This document shows positions 26,684 to 41,121 of a stretch of DNA of 64,000 nucleotides, piece after piece. The notes beneath the pieces are model-generated. The model made no database searches and was not told where the DNA came from. It saw nothing but the letters and a program-made list of their open reading frames with translations. Within the stretch, counting starts at the first letter, position 1; each line of letters opens with the position of its first letter. The translations under genes and the position numbers were made by a program. This DNA comes from Eledone cirrhosa (lineage: Eukaryota): positions 40,858,001-40,922,000 of the forward strand of contig OZ024748.1 in NCBI GenBank assembly GCA_964016885.1. Direction: 5' to 3'.

Positions 26684-27102
26684 AATATTAAAAAAATAAT
26701 GAATAAAACAATGAAACAGTTCCTTATATTAAACAAAAAAAGTTCATTATTTAACGATCGTTTCTGGGATATATATGTGTTAGAATTGGCATGTATATTT
26801 AACAGATCTATGTACAAAATTATACAAAATTATACAAACTATCAAAATTAAATATACATACCAACTCATATATATGCCGTCTTCAGAAATAATTTCTGAA
26901 GACGGCATATATATGAGTTGGTATGTATATTTAATTTTGATAGTTTGTATAATTTTGTATAATTTTGTACATAGATCTGTTAAATATACATGCCAATTCT
27001 AACACATATATATCCCAGAAACGATCGTTAAATAATGAACTTTTTTTGTTTAATATAAGGAACTGTTTCATTGTTTTCTTCATTATTTTTTTAATATTTT
27101 AT
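26680..27102. repeat. Near-perfect 423-bp palindrome containing a hammerhead-like motif on each strand
   Basis: 211-bp arms around unpaired A26891, one mismatch (26704/27078). Plus strand: attt CTGAAGA [~115-nt hairpin] GAAA cgatcg TT aaat (26892-27033). Confidence 0.92.
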
Positions 27103-27472
27103 CTTGACTCTGTATTCCGTTTATCTTTCACCGAAAGTGATTTTTCATTGCATCTCTTCTTTCCATGATATCCGGATTACATTGAGTTCTTCATACGGAT
27201 TGGACACTACCGTAAACTCTTGGTAGATTTATCTACATATATATACATATATATATATATACACACATATATATACATATACATATATATACATATATAT
27301 ATATATATACACATATATATATACATATATATATACATATACATATATATATATATACATATACACATATATATATATACACATATATATGTATGCACTT
27401 ATATATATATACAGATACACATATACACATATATATATATACAGATACACATATACACATATATATATATAC

Positions 27473-30400
27473 ATCATCATCATCAACGTTTAACGTCCGT
27501 GTTCCACGCTTGCATGGGTTTGGACGGGGGTTTTCCCACTTGAGGCAAGAGTGATTGTCTTGCTCGCATAGGACTGTCTGGCGGGGTTTCTACAACTGGA
27601 TGCCCTTCCTAACACCAACCACATTTACAGTGTGGGGCTGGGAGGTTTTTACCGTGTTGCCTACACGGCCACATTACAGCGTGGACTGTGTGTTTTTTTG
27701 TCGTGACACCTACACGATCTCATTTGTTTCGGACTGGATGTTGTGGCACCAACATAACTTTACATTGAAAGGGGCGGTTGGATGGGGTGGGGGTGGTGGG
27801 ACGGGGGTGTATTTTGTTAGAGATGCCTACTGACTGTAGTAGGTTTTACTTTGTATTTAGGTAAGGCGGGTCTTCTCTATTACTGAGTACCGCCAAAGGT
27901 CTCGGTCCAATGACATTGTCTTGGAGAGGTGTAAGTGTGTGAGGTCGGAATTTATCAGCTCGTCCCAGGTTTTTCTGGGTCTGCCTACTCCGTGGCTACC
28001 GTCTATCTTTATTGCCCTGCACTTTGTTATACAGCTATCGTCTTTCATGCGCATCACGTGACCATACCAACGTAGCCTTCTCTCGAGTAAACAACATCTG
28101 ATCCCTCTTATTTCTAATTTTTTCCTTAGTTCGTTTATGCTTTGCCGTTCACGTATATTACTATTACACATCCAGCGGAGCATGCAAGCTTCATTCCTCT
28201 CTAGTCTGCGTATATCCTCTGCACACAATGCCCAGGTCTCACTGCCATGCAACATTGCTGTTCGTATGCAGGCATCATACAACCTGCCTTTCAGTTTTAG
28301 GGAGAACCCTTTAGCGGCTAATAGTGGTATAAGCTCTCTGAACTTTTTCTATCCAGTTCTGACTCTAGCTACTGTACTTTCAGAGCACCCTCCCCCACTG
28401 CTGATTTTGTCACCCAGGTAACGGAAGCTGTCCACTATTTCTATAGAACCCTCTGCGCAGTTGAAAGAGCTAGTATTTTGTGGGCACTTGCTGCTACTTA
28501 TTGCACCAGAGCACCGGCCACATGTAAAATCTATGTTCTTAGTTAGCTTACCTGTGATCCCACTACATCTTTTATGCACCCATACTTTGCATTTGGGACA
28601 TAAAATGGAGTTTCTACCTACGCCTTTCCTACACACTGAGCATGGCCACTTCCCGGAAGGGACCGCCGCCTTATTTTCTTTCTTACAAACTAGAACTTTA
28701 GTCTTAGCCAGGTTAATTTTAAGGCCTTTTGATTCTAGGCCGTGCTTCCATGTTTGGAATTTCTTCTCTAGCTCGGCCATTGATTCAGCTATGAGTGTTA
28801 GGTCATCTGCGTATAGGAGTTCCCATGGGCAGCCGGTCTTGAACTCCTCTGTTATAGCCTGAAGGGCAATAATAAATAGTAGGGGGCTAAGAACGGAGCC
28901 CTGATGAACACCAACTTTTACGCTAAACTCTTCACTATATTCGTTGTTAATTCTAACCTTGCTGACTGTTTCTTTATACATGGCTTGTATAGCTCTCACA
29001 AGCCATTCATCAACATCTAGTTTTCTAAGCGCCCACCAGATAATGGAGCGGGGGACTCTGTCAAAGGCTTTCTCCAAGTCAACAAAAGCTAAGTATAGGG
29101 GTTTACTTTTAGCTAGGTACTTCTCCTGTAGTTGTCGTACAATGAAAAGAGCGCCTGTGGCACTTTTACCTGACACAAACCCGAACTGCATTTCATCTAG
29201 ATCAATTCGTTCTCTGATTAGTTGCGCTATTACTTTTTCCTTGACCTTCATGGCCTGGTCAATTAATTTAATGCCTCTATTGTTATCCCTATCTAGGGTT
29301 TCTCCTTTACCCTTGTAGCAGTTACTGATGCTGCTGCTACGCCAGTCCTTCGGAACGGCCCCATTCTGTATGACTTGGTTGACTATCCGGGTGACCATGG
29401 TGTGTCCCACCGTACCAGATGCCTTCAGCATCTCGGCAACTATTTCCAAAGGCCCAGCCGCCTTACCCGTCTTCATATCTTTGATTGCCTTACTTATTAT
29501 ACTACCCTCGACTAACACTGCTGGTCCCTCTATTGGATCGATGTGGGGGAGACTGTCTTTCTCCCATTTATTCTCCTCATTTAGTAGCCTTTCGTAGTGA
29601 CACTTCCAAACTACCTTCTTATCAGCGTCAGTGATGGCAAGTACACCATCATCATTAAGGACACACTTCTCCCCGACAATATCACGGTTTTCCTTGACAC
29701 ATTGCCTAACAATCCTGAACACCTCACGTTGTAGAACATGCTTGAACTTTCTTTCCTCTGCTTCCCTTCTTGCGAAGTACACTTGTCTCCTAGCTTCCCT
29801 CCTGGCCACTTGATAGTCTTCTCTACTTCCCCCATCCCGCCATACTTTCCAAGCCTGCTTTTTGGCCTTAATTGACTCCTCCACCTTACTGCTCCACCAC
29901 CACGTTACTCTCCTCCTGCCTATAGGCCTGCTCCAGCCACAAGACTTCATCTGCTGCCTTCAGCAGGTTAGCTTTCAGGAATTCCCACTGTTCCTCTATA
30001 TTGTACGACTCTAATTGCTCTTCCTTACTGTCGAAAGCATCAAGTAATATGCTTTTAAATTTATTACTGGCTGTGGGGTCCTTTAGCTTCCATATTTTTC
30101 TCCTGAGGATAGTCCTCTTCTGTTGTCGAGTACATCTTGTCCTGACTATGAGGTCGCTGACTATGAGTCTATGTTGGGAGGTGCATTCTTCATGGGGGAG
30201 GGATTTAGTGTTTACAACAGACACTCTATCACGTCTTCTGGTAAGGATATAATCTATCTGACTGGTATGTTCTCCTGATCTGTAGGTGATCAAGTGATTG
30301 TCTCGTTTTTTTAAGTTAGTGTTACAGATAGTTAGGTTATTTGCATCGCAGAATTCCAGGATTCTGGAGCCTTCCTCATTTCTAGTACCAAACCCATAGC

Positions 30401-30725
30401 CTCCATGGATTCCGTCATAGCTGTCACAATGTTGTCCAACGTGACCATTTAGGTCGCCAGTAATAATTATGTAGTCACTGTCGGTTATTTGGGAGGTAGT
30501 GAGCATCAATGTCTCATAGAATCTGTCTTTTATAGCGCCAGGCAGTCCGGATTGGGGCGCATACGCAGATATTACTGTCACAGTAGTTCTATTTAGGACA
30601 AGTCTTATTTTAATTATTCTGTCGTTCACCCTATTTACGTCTATTATCTTATCTACCCATTTTTCTGCTAACATGATTCCTACCCCACCCAGCCCATTGT
30701 CATTCCCCACCCAGAAAAGCCTATA
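27473..30725 (-). mobile_element. Near-complete RTE LINE (APE + RT), frameshifted, 5' end abutting a microsatellite
   Basis: ORFs 29886-30797 (GVGI, SAYAPQ, GDLNGH, SQIDY, SQHRL), 28349-29950 (FVDLEKAFD, HQGSVLSP, LLYADD) and 27857-28282; 3' UTR ending in (GAT)n. Confidence 0.95.
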
Positions 30726-30901
30726 GCATATACACATATATATATACATACACACATATAAATATACATATACACATATAAATATACATATACACATATA
30801 TATATATATTCATATACACATATATATATATATACATATATATATACACACATACATATATATATACACACACATATATATATACACACACATATATATA
30901 T

Positions 30902-30964
<63 letters not shown>

Positions 30965-31154
30965 TATATATATATATACACACATATATATATATATACA
31001 CACATATATATATATACACACATATATATATGTGCACATATATATATACACACATATATATACACACACATATATACACACATATATACAAATATATATA
31101 TATATACACACACATATATATATATACACAAATATATATATGTATATATATGTG

Positions 31155-31204
<50 letters not shown>

Positions 31205-31693
31205 TACAACAACAGTGACAGCAACAACAGCAACAACACCATTGTCTGTGTTGAATGTGTGTGTATGTATATATGTGTATGTATATATATGTACATGCAT
31301 ATATCACACACGCGAAGCGAACAAATTTCAAAATTTCAACCGAGCCTCTACAACAACAACAACACCATTGTCTGCAACAGCAGCATCAGTGAAATGAACA
31401 ACAACAGCAGCAGCAGCAACACAACAACGACGACAACTGCCACCAGCCACCATCACTGACACCATCCACCACCACCAGCGATCAGGCCTTAAAAACAACT
31501 ATAATACTAAATAACTATTCTGTTCTTGGCACGGGGCAAGAGAGTGGCAAGAGAGTTTTGGGGCCCATAGAGTGGAGGGCCGTTGCTCTATGCTGTAAAG
31601 CAAACAATTATTATTATTATATAAAAACTGAACTGGAAAAGTCAACAGTTGACATGATTTTGATTTTGTATCAGTACTGACGGTAATATATGC

Positions 31694-31725
<32 letters not shown>

Positions 31726-31849
31726 GTGTTTGTATGCATGAGTGTTGGTGTGTAAGTGAGTGTGTGTGTCGTGAGTGTCAATAAGTGGTGTTTTTTTTTT
31801 TCTTTTTTTCTGACCATGCTGTAAAATGGAGGGGTAGAGAGGGCCCATG

Positions 31850-34800
31850 AGTCCAGTAAGACATCCTCTCCAGTACTGGTGGCATAAATAAAAGCACCCA
31901 GTCCATGCTGTAAAGTGGCGCTGGTGTTAGGAAGGGCATCCAACCTGTGTATCAATGCCAAAACGATTATAAGCACAGCAACAAATATATAGGAACAACA
32001 AAAATATGAAGATGTCGCATATCAGAGTTGCAACACTTAATGTTGGCACTCTCAGAGGTAGATTTGGTGAAATAGCGGAGATGCTGGATAGAAGGCATGT
32101 GGATGTGTGCTGCGTGCAAGAGGTGAGATGGAGAGGTGCCTCTGCGAGACTAGTCGCAGGCAAACATCTTAGCTATAAGCTTTTCTGGGTAGGTAAGGAT
32201 GATGGATTAGGGGGAGTAGGCATTTTCCTGGCTGAGAGATGGATCAATAAGACAATAGAGGTAGTTTGAGTTAGTAATCGAATAATTAAGCTTAGATTAG
32301 TTGTAGGCAGGAGACTACTGACAATCATCTCTGCCTATGCTCCCCAAGCAGGCCTAGGCAAAGAAGAGAAAGACTGCTTTTACGAGCAACTTTTACAAAC
32401 AACCGCAATGACAGAGGATGGAGACATCGTTATGCTAGCATGGAACTTCAATTGTCATGTTGGACAGCTCCAGGATGGTTACACTGGGGTACATGGTGGG
32501 CACGGTTATGGCTCAAGAAATGAAGAAGGGGTGAGACTTCTTGAATTTTGTGATGCAAGTACACTGACTATTTGCAACACTAACTTCCAGAAACCTGCCA
32601 ACCACCTAATAACCTACAAATCAGGCGAGCACATAAGCCAGATTGACTTCTTACTAGTTAGGCAGCGGGACAGGCAGATGGTGTCAAATACCAAGGCATA
32701 CCCTGGGGAAGAATGTACCCCCACAGCATAGGTTAGTCGTTAGTGATATCTCAGTAAGCAAGAGAAAGAATGAGACATACAGGAAGGTGTGGAGAAGAAA
32801 GGTCTGGAAGCTAAAATACCTTTCACTAAAATACAAATTTAGGAAAGCCTTTCAAGATGTGTATGACGAAAAAGAAGACGATTTAGAGACGTATGACAGA
32901 TAATAACTGGAATTTCTTACGTGACAACTTACTGCAGGCTACTGATGAAACTTGTGGCTGGAGCAGAGCTCCAACCAGACAGAGAGTGACCTGGTGGTGG
33001 AACAGCACAGTAGATAAGGCCATTAGAGACAAAAGACTAGCATGGAAGGCTTGGAAAAAGGGTGGGGAGTAGAGAAGGATATACAGCCGCTAAGAAAGAA
33101 GCTAGACATCAGGTGTACTTAGCACACAGGGAGGCTGAGAGTAGGAGGTTTGCCAATGTTCTGCGACGAGAAAATCAGAGGCGTGCGGTGTTCCACATTG
33201 CAAGGTAGTGTGTCAATGCAAATCAGGATGTTATTGGAGATAAGTGTGTCCGGAATGATGCCGGTGTACTTAGTGTCACGAATGATCAGAAAAAGGAAAT
33301 GTCATTATGAGAGACTGATGAATGTGGAGAACGAATGGGAGAGAGAGAAATTACCCTCAGTAGATCCGACAGAGGGACCAGCTATTGAGATTGACGAATA
33401 TAGGGTCCAAGAGGCAATTAAGGAAATGAAAAATGGTAAGGCTGCTGGACCGTCGGGGATAGTTGCTGAGATGCTGAAGGCATCAGGGGACGTAGGCACT
33501 AAACTGGTCAATCAATCAGGCTATATATGGCGGTGCCATATCCAAAGATTGGTGCAGCAGTATTCTCATAAATTGCTACAAAGGTAAAGGGGATGCTCTG
33601 GAAAGGAGCAATTATAGGGGTATAAAACTGATGGATCAGGTTATGAAAGTGGCAGAAAGGATATTAGCACAACTAATTAGAGAAAGGGTCAAACTAGATG
33701 AGATGCAGTTTGGTTTTGTGCCTGGGAAAAGTACAACAGATGCCCTCTTCTTGGTGAGACAATTACAAGAGAGGTTCTTAGAGAAGAATAAGGCACTATA
33801 CTTAGCCTTTGTTGACCTAGAGAAGGCCTTTGATAGGGTACCCCGATCTGTCATCTGGTGGTCCCTAAGGAAACTAGGTGTTGAGGAATGGCTTGTGAGG
33901 ACAGTGCAAACTTTGTACAGAGGTGCTGTCAGTAAAGTCAGGGTAGGAATGGAGTTTAGTGAGGAATTCCAGATTCAAGTAAGAGTACATCAAGGTTCGG
34001 TCCTCAGCCCGCTCTTGTTCATTATAGTCCTCCAAGCCATAACAGAGTAGTTTAAGACTGGCTGTCCATGGGAACTTCTCTATGCCGACAATCTGGTTCT
34101 TATAGCAGAATCAGTAGAGGAGCTAGAGAATAAATTCTGGCTATGGAAACAGCAGTTGGAATTAAAAGGACTGAGAGTGAACCTAGCTAAGACAAAAGTG
34201 TTGATGAGTAGAAAAGAGGACAAAACTCTGATTCCGACAGGGAAATGGCCATGTTCGATATGCAGAAAAGGAACTGGCATAAATTCTATAAAATGCACAC
34301 AATGCAGATCCTGAGTACACAAGAGATGTAGTGGGATAGCAGGCAAACTTACAGGTAGGGAGAAATACGTATGCAGTAGATGGACAGGGAAATTAGACAG
34401 TAGCAGTCGCATTGATGGACACCTTTTTCAAGTGCAGGTGGGTGCTATAGAAGTGGTGGATAGCTTCCGGTACCTAAGAGATCAGATTAGCATGTTCCGA
34501 GGCCATAGTATCTAGAATAAGGACGGGTTGGAAGAAGTTTAGGGAGCTGCTTCCTCTGCTGATGAAGGGCTTCTCCCTGTATACGAAAGGCCGGTTATAT
34601 GATGCCTGTGTGAGGAGCGCGATGCTGCATGGTAGTGAGACATGGGCAGCAACTGCAGAGAAATGGGACAAGCATGCTACGTTGGATGTGCAGTGTCAAT
34701 GTGCGTGAACAACCCAGCATGAATGTGTTAAGAGAGAAACTGTGTCTGAGAGGGATAGAATGTAGTGTGCGAGAGAGGAGACCGAGGTGGTATGGACATG

Positions 34801-35045
34801 TGATGTGCATGGAGGATGACCGATAGGTGAAGAAGTGTCAGGAAATGCCAGATGAAGGAAGACGTGGCAGAGGTAGACCACGAAAAACATGGGCGGAGGT
34901 GGTGAGAACAGACCTCAGATCGCTGAAGCTCACGGTGGAGATGACGAAGGACCGTGACGAGTGGAGAGATGATGTGCTGAATAAGACCCCTCCCACCCTT
35001 GCAAGCAGGGAAAAGTGAACGTAAAATGATGACGATGATGATGAT
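31850..35045 (+). mobile_element. Full-length degenerate RTE LINE (related subfamily, opposite orientation)
   Basis: IRVATLNVGTL...CCVQEVRWRG APE start at 32006; RT FVDLEKAFD, HQGSVLSP, YAD; multiple stops and frameshifts; (GAT)n tail at 35027-35045. Confidence 0.93.
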
Positions 35046-35533
35046 GGTATATGTTGAGAGGGAAACTGGGTATAAGAGTTGTAGTGTGCAGGAGAGAAGG
35101 CTGAGATAGTATGGACATGTGATGCGTATGGAGGATGACCGCTGGGTAAAGAATACTGTAATACTGATACAGGGCTGTGACCTCTGGTGCTATGAAGTAT
35201 TGCAGAAGACCCTCTGACATATTCTCACTCTGAGACATATATCTAACACCTTCTCCTACCGCCCTTCCCTTGTCATCATCCCACCCTTCGACGTCCCCAC
35301 CCTCTCCATAATGTGATCACCACTCGAGCCATGCCATGACAAAAGAGCCTAGCCCACACTGTAAATGTGGTTGGTGTTAGGAAGGGCATCCAGCTGTAGA
35401 AACCAAACCAAAATCAGTTCCGTATGAGCGAATCATGCCCCCGACCCCGATCTCTCATAAAGGGAGATCCCATACTAACATGGAAGATGGACATTAAATG
35501 ATGATATATATATATATATATATACCTATACAT

Positions 35534-35564
<31 letters not shown>

Positions 35565-35732
35565 CACTTACATATACACATATATACATACCTATACACA
35601 TATATATATATACATACATACATATACACATATATACATACATATACACATATATATATACATACATATACACATATATACATACATACACATATATACA
35701 TACATATATACATACATATATGTGTATATATG

Positions 35733-38700
35733 TTCGGGAGTTCAGGAGCTGTGGGGAATGTGGAGTTACCCCTTAGTTGTCATAACTCTTAGGTCTGCTC
35801 TGGTCTGGAGTAGTAGTACCTGTTAGGGCCCTATTTATGGGTTAAATAACTACCTTATTCGAGTGTCGCCGGTAAGGTATTGTCAGCCATTGAAAAGAAA
35901 TATGGAGAGTCTATCTAACAGCACTAGGGTTAGAGCCCCTAATTACACTGTCAAGGAGCAGTCTGGTCGTTATGACTCTGCTGGCTTAGTGGATGGTGGA
36001 TGATGGATCAGCTGTCTCTGGGACAAATATAAAGAATGCAGTTTTGTCCTGCAGAAGAGCCATCAAAATGGGCACTTTGAATGTGAGGACTATTCGGACG
36101 CTGCAGAAGAGAGAGGAGTTGGGACATCTGTTTGAGGAGAGTGGTATACAGATACTTGCAATCCAAGAACACAGGATCCTACACAATGAGCCAGTGAGGA
36201 GTGTGATAATTGGGAAGATGAGCCAGCTCATCACCATATCAGCAGTGAGGAACATGACCAATGCTGCAGTGGGAAGAGTGGGTTTTGTTTTCAGCACAAA
36301 AACCAGTCTATTGGTAAGGGAAATAATGCCTGTCTCCCCATGAATGTTGAGGGTGACCTTCAATGGAAACCCAAGACTGACAGTCATCTCAGCCTATAGT
36401 CCAACCGAGGGAGAGTGATGTGAGTGCGGAAGAGTTCCATGAGGTGTGTAGAGCTGTCAACACCACACAAGCACACAACATCCTGCTTGTTTTGGGGGAC
36501 TTCAATGCACATCTGAGTAAGGAGGGCAATGAAGATCCTTGTTGGTACTTCCATAACAACACCAACCGAAATGGAAGACTACTGAGAGACAATCTGCTGG
36601 AGGCGAACTTGATAGCGACCAACCTAAGGTTTAGGAAGAATCCGGGGAACATGTGGACCTACATCTCAGATATGCACCTGTCCAAGTCCCAGATTGATTT
36701 CATTCTGGTGAGGAAAAAGTGGCAGAATAGTGTTCTGAACACAGAACCATACAACTATTTCAGTACACTGGGTAGTGACCACCGGCTTGTTATGAGTGAG
36801 GTCCAAGTGAGCTTAAGAAAGAGCAAGGCTCAGCCCCGGAGAGCAATCTATGACTGGGGAGCTTTCAAGGAAGATGATAAGCTACAGGAGAGGTTCACAG
36901 TGTAAGTGAGGAACAGGTTCAGTGCTCTGTGTGGAGAGACAGAGGAGAAAGAGATTGGATGGACTGAGGAGAGTGTGACAAGGAGGTAGAGACACTTCAC
37001 CAATGCAGTGGCAGAAGCAAGTGAGACCCTGGTGCCGAGGAGAAAGAACAAAAGGAAGCACGTCAGCTCTGCAGACACAAGAGTGTGTGCAGCCAGAGAA
37101 CACCTGAAAGCTGCCAAGAACCAATTCTACACTGATCCTACGAAGAAGAGTATGGAGACTGTGGAGGTGATGAGGGAAGAACTCTGTACCGCTTACACGG
37201 AGACCAGAGAGGAGGCATTGTTAGAAAAGATCAGAAGTGTGGAGAGAGCGGTTGACAGGTCTGGATGTAAGGAGAGCTGGATGATCATCAACGAGATCAC
37301 AGGGAAGAAGAAGAGGTGTTTGAGTCAGATCCAGGGAACAGGGCCCGAGGATAGGAAGAGGAAATGGCTAGACCATTTTAGGACCCTACTAGGAGAGCCG
37401 CCCTCCACAGCCCAGAGCACTGGGGAGATCAGGCGGCTGTTTGAAGAACTGGATATTGAGACAGAGCCCTTCACCAGAGAGGAGCTTCAGAGAGTCAAGA
37501 AGATCAAGGAGGGCAAGGCTCATGGAGAAGATGGAGTGGCATCAGAGGTGATGAAGAGATGTGATTTTGATAATATCATCCTGGGGTCCTGTTACCAGAC
37601 ACTGGAGAAAGGAGTTACCCCAAATCAGTGGAGGATCAGTAACATCATCCCAGTGCCAAAGAAGGGAGATCTCTCTAACACCAACAACTACAGGGGGCTC
37701 TCATGGACGTCACTTGTGGCAAAGACCCTCAACAGGATGATTCTTAACAGGATCCAGCCTGAGATGGAGAAGAAGCTCAGGGTCAACCAGAATGGCTTCA
37801 GAGAGGGAAGATCAACCACCAGTCACATCCTGATGCTGAGGAGGATATTAGAGGGAGCTAGAGCAAAGTGCCTTCCTGCGGTCATGGTTTTCATTGACTT
37901 TAGGAAGGCCTTTGATTCTGTGGACCATCACTGCCTGATGAAGATCTTACAGGCTTATGGAATCCCCAAGAAGATAGTGGACCTGATATCACTGCTCTAC
38001 ACCAACACCAAAGCCCAAGTCATTACACCTGATGGGATGACAGAGTTCTTTGAGATACTGGCTGGAGTGCTCCAGGGAGATTGGCTCCCTACCTTTTTAT
38101 CATCGTAGTGGACTATTGTATGCACCTTGCACTGGAGAAACACCAGGACTCTGGTTTTACTTTAGCACGGGCTCAGAGCAGGAGAGTTAAGGCGAAAAAG
38201 ATATCGGATGCTGAATTTGCCGACAACATAGTTTTGGTGACAAATACAGTGAAGGAGGCAGAGGATTTGATGCAGGAGGTTGATGAGTGTGGGGCTGAGA
38301 ATGAATGAGACTAAAACAAAATATCTGGTAGAGAATGTTGAGAAGCCAGATGGGATCACTAATGTAGGCGGGAAGCTGCTAGAATTGGTTAAGAACTTCC
38401 TGTATTTGGGAGCAAAGATTGGGAACACAGAAGATGATGTAGTTGAGAGGAAGAGCAAAGCCTGGGCGGTGTGCCACAGCTTGAGATCGGTGTGGAAGTT
38501 GGACCTTCGTAAAGACCTGAAAATCTGCCTCTTCATTGCTGTAGCGGAGTCTGTGCTGCTGTACGGGTCTGAGACTTGGACACTGACCAAGAAACTCACT
38601 CAGATGGTGGATGGGTGCTACACGAGAATGCTGAGGATGGCTCTGAACATTAATCAGTATACACTGAGGATGAAAAAGCTGTATGGGAGCCTCCCAAAAG

Positions 38701-38957
38701 TCAGCTCAAAAGTGACACAGAGGAGACTGAGGTTAGCTGGACATGCTCACCGACATCCAGAGTTGACATTGCACTCAGTGCTCCTGTGGGAGCCCCTACA
38801 TGGACACACTGGAAGAGGAAGACCAGGGTTAATGTATGTTGATGCCCTAAGGACAGACACTGGTCTGTTGGAAACGCAGGACATGGCAGCGATAATGAGG
38901 GACAGAGATCGCTGGAGAGAACTTGTCCATGGATCTCGGGAATTTTACCCGCCCTAA
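35733..38957 (+). mobile_element. Full-length degenerate RTE-like LINE (distinct family)
   Basis: KMGTLNVRT, LAIQEHR, GDFNAH, GSDHRL (APE); FIDFRKAFDSV, GVLQGD, EFADN, LLYGSETW (RT); stops and frameshifts. Confidence 0.93.
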
Positions 38958-39079
38958 ATAGATATACATATACTTATATATCCATACACACATATATATA
39001 TCAATACACACATATATATATATACACACACATATATATATCTAGATATACACATATATATACACACACATATATATAT

Positions 39080-39130
<51 letters not shown>

Positions 39131-39242
39131 TACACACACACACATATACATACATATATACACACATATATATATACACACACACATATATATACACACA
39201 CACATATATATACATATACACATATATATATACACACTTATA

Positions 39243-40075
39243 TAGCGGAGGTGGGTGTTCGGAAAATACAATAACTAGGGTAAGAACGGGATGGAAGAAG
39301 TTCAGGGAGTTACTGCCACTGCTAGCTGCAAAAGGCTTTTCCCTCAAAATGAAACGCAGACTGTATGATGCGTGTATACGAACAGCAATGTTACATGGTA
39401 GTGAGCCCTGGGCGCTGAAGGTGGAAGACTTGCATAGATTAGAAAGAAACGAAGTCTGCATGCTCCGATAGATGTGTAATAGTAATATACGCGAACGGCA
39501 AAGCATAAACGAAGTGAGAGAGAGACTGAGCATAAGAGGAATCAAATGCTGTGTGCAGGAGAGGCGGTTGCATTGGTATTGACATGTAATGCGTATGAAG
39601 GATGACAGCTGCATAAAAAGGTGCAGAGCACTAGAAGTCGATGGAAACTGCGGAGTGGGGAGACCCAAGAAGACCTGGGATGAGGTGATAAAAGCTGACC
39701 TTACCCAATTGCACCTCTCAAGAGCAATTACGCAGTAATACAGAAGACCCGACCCCCCACGGGTACAAGCCGAAGCTGAAGCATATAGACATTATGCCCC
39801 CACACCCTCCCACTGCAAAGTGGTCGTGGAGGTGCCACAGCAAAAAAGCACCCAGCCCACACTGTAAAGTGGACGTGGAGGTGCCACGGAAAAAAAGCAC
39901 CCAGCACTCACTGTAAATGAGGTTGGTGTTAGGAAGGGCATCCAGCTGTAGAAATCAAGCCAGAATCAGTTCCCGTATGAGCAAGACAAGGTCAGCCGAC
40001 CAGCACTGCCCACAACAGGACAACCCGCCTAACCCATGCTAGCGTAGAAGAGCGGACGTAAAATGATGATTATGA
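39243..40075 (+). mobile_element. 3' fragment of the 17 kb/28 kb RTE family with 3' UTR
   Basis: SGGGCSE...[14 protein letters not shown]...; UTR ggttggtgttaggaagggcatccagctgtagaaa...aaatgatgat. Confidence 0.88.
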
Positions 40076-40115
40076 TACACACACACACATATATATATAT
40101 ATACATACATACATT

Positions 40116-40800
40116 ATTGTTTCTACGTTTGGCACAAGGCCAGCAATTATCCAGTGCATTACTGGTACTTTATTTTATCCACCCCATAAGGATGAAAGGC
40201 AAAGTTAACCTCGGCGGGATATATATATTTAAAATCATACATACATATATTTAAAATCAGGGATGCTATCAATTATGAAATACCTTGCCACTTGTCACTT
40301 CTAACAATAAAGGCTATAAAAGCGTCCCCGAGTCCTAAGCAACAGTTAAGCACCCAAAGTTCAGTGATATCTTACATAAAACTTACTGCTTACAAGGACA
40401 AAAGCAGAAATGATTAACGTAAAGTGAAGAGTTGATATTACCATCAACTGAGTTGAAATCCTGCCGAAGTTAACTTTGTCTCTCACACTTTCGTGGGTCG
40501 ATAAAATAAAACACCAGTAATACACTGGTTCGATTTAATCGACTTTCCCCTCCCCAAAAATTGCTGGCCTTGTACTATAGTAGAAATCACTATTGTTCCT
40601 GATTTAAACACAAGGCCAACAGTTTGAAGTGGAGGGTTGGGGAAAAAATCAATTAAATTGACCCCAGTGCGCGATAGGTACTTTATTTTGGCTGAAAGGC
40701 AAAGCTAGCTTCAACGGGATTTGAATTCAGAACATAAAGAACCGTAATTATAAGCTGCAAAGCATGTTCTCCAACGCTCTCCCGATTCTGCCAATCCGCT
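40116..40800. mobile_element. Cluster of three tRNA-derived SINE copies (minus 40116-40220, plus 40447-40590, minus 40592-40800)
   Basis: Each matches parts of the 62266-62450 element. Confidence 0.75.
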
Positions 40801-41024
40801 GTGGGGCATCAATAATGATAATAATAATTTATAAGTACTTAGAAATCAAATTTTAAAAAAAGACGAAAAGACGAAATTACAAAAGGAACAAACAAGAAGA
40901 GTTTTCTTTGAGACTTATCTCGATATACAAGAGAAATATATATATAGAGAGAGAGGAGAGGAGAGAAAGAGAGAGATAGAAAACGAGGAAGTTTCGTTTA
41001 CATATGAAAAATATTTATTGCGTA

Positions 41025-41121
41025 TCGACCTGTTTCGCGCGTTTCGCAGAGGATTGGCTCAATGTAACCGATAGGGGTTATGGAGCCGACTCCAGTATCG
41101 ATCTGCTCGTCAGACTGGCGA
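41025..41121 (-). ncRNA. Hammerhead ribozyme motif with one core substitution (U16.1 to A)
   Basis: Minus: tcgccagt CTGACGA gcaga...tctgc GAAA cgcgcg AA acaggtcga; palindromic stem III; stems I and II pair. Confidence 0.7.

Noticed and set aside
28460-28680. PHD-like Cys/His finger inside RTE reverse transcriptase as a captured host exon
   Set aside because: Present at the same position in three related copies (17.8, 28.6, 34.3 kb), so it is a family feature.
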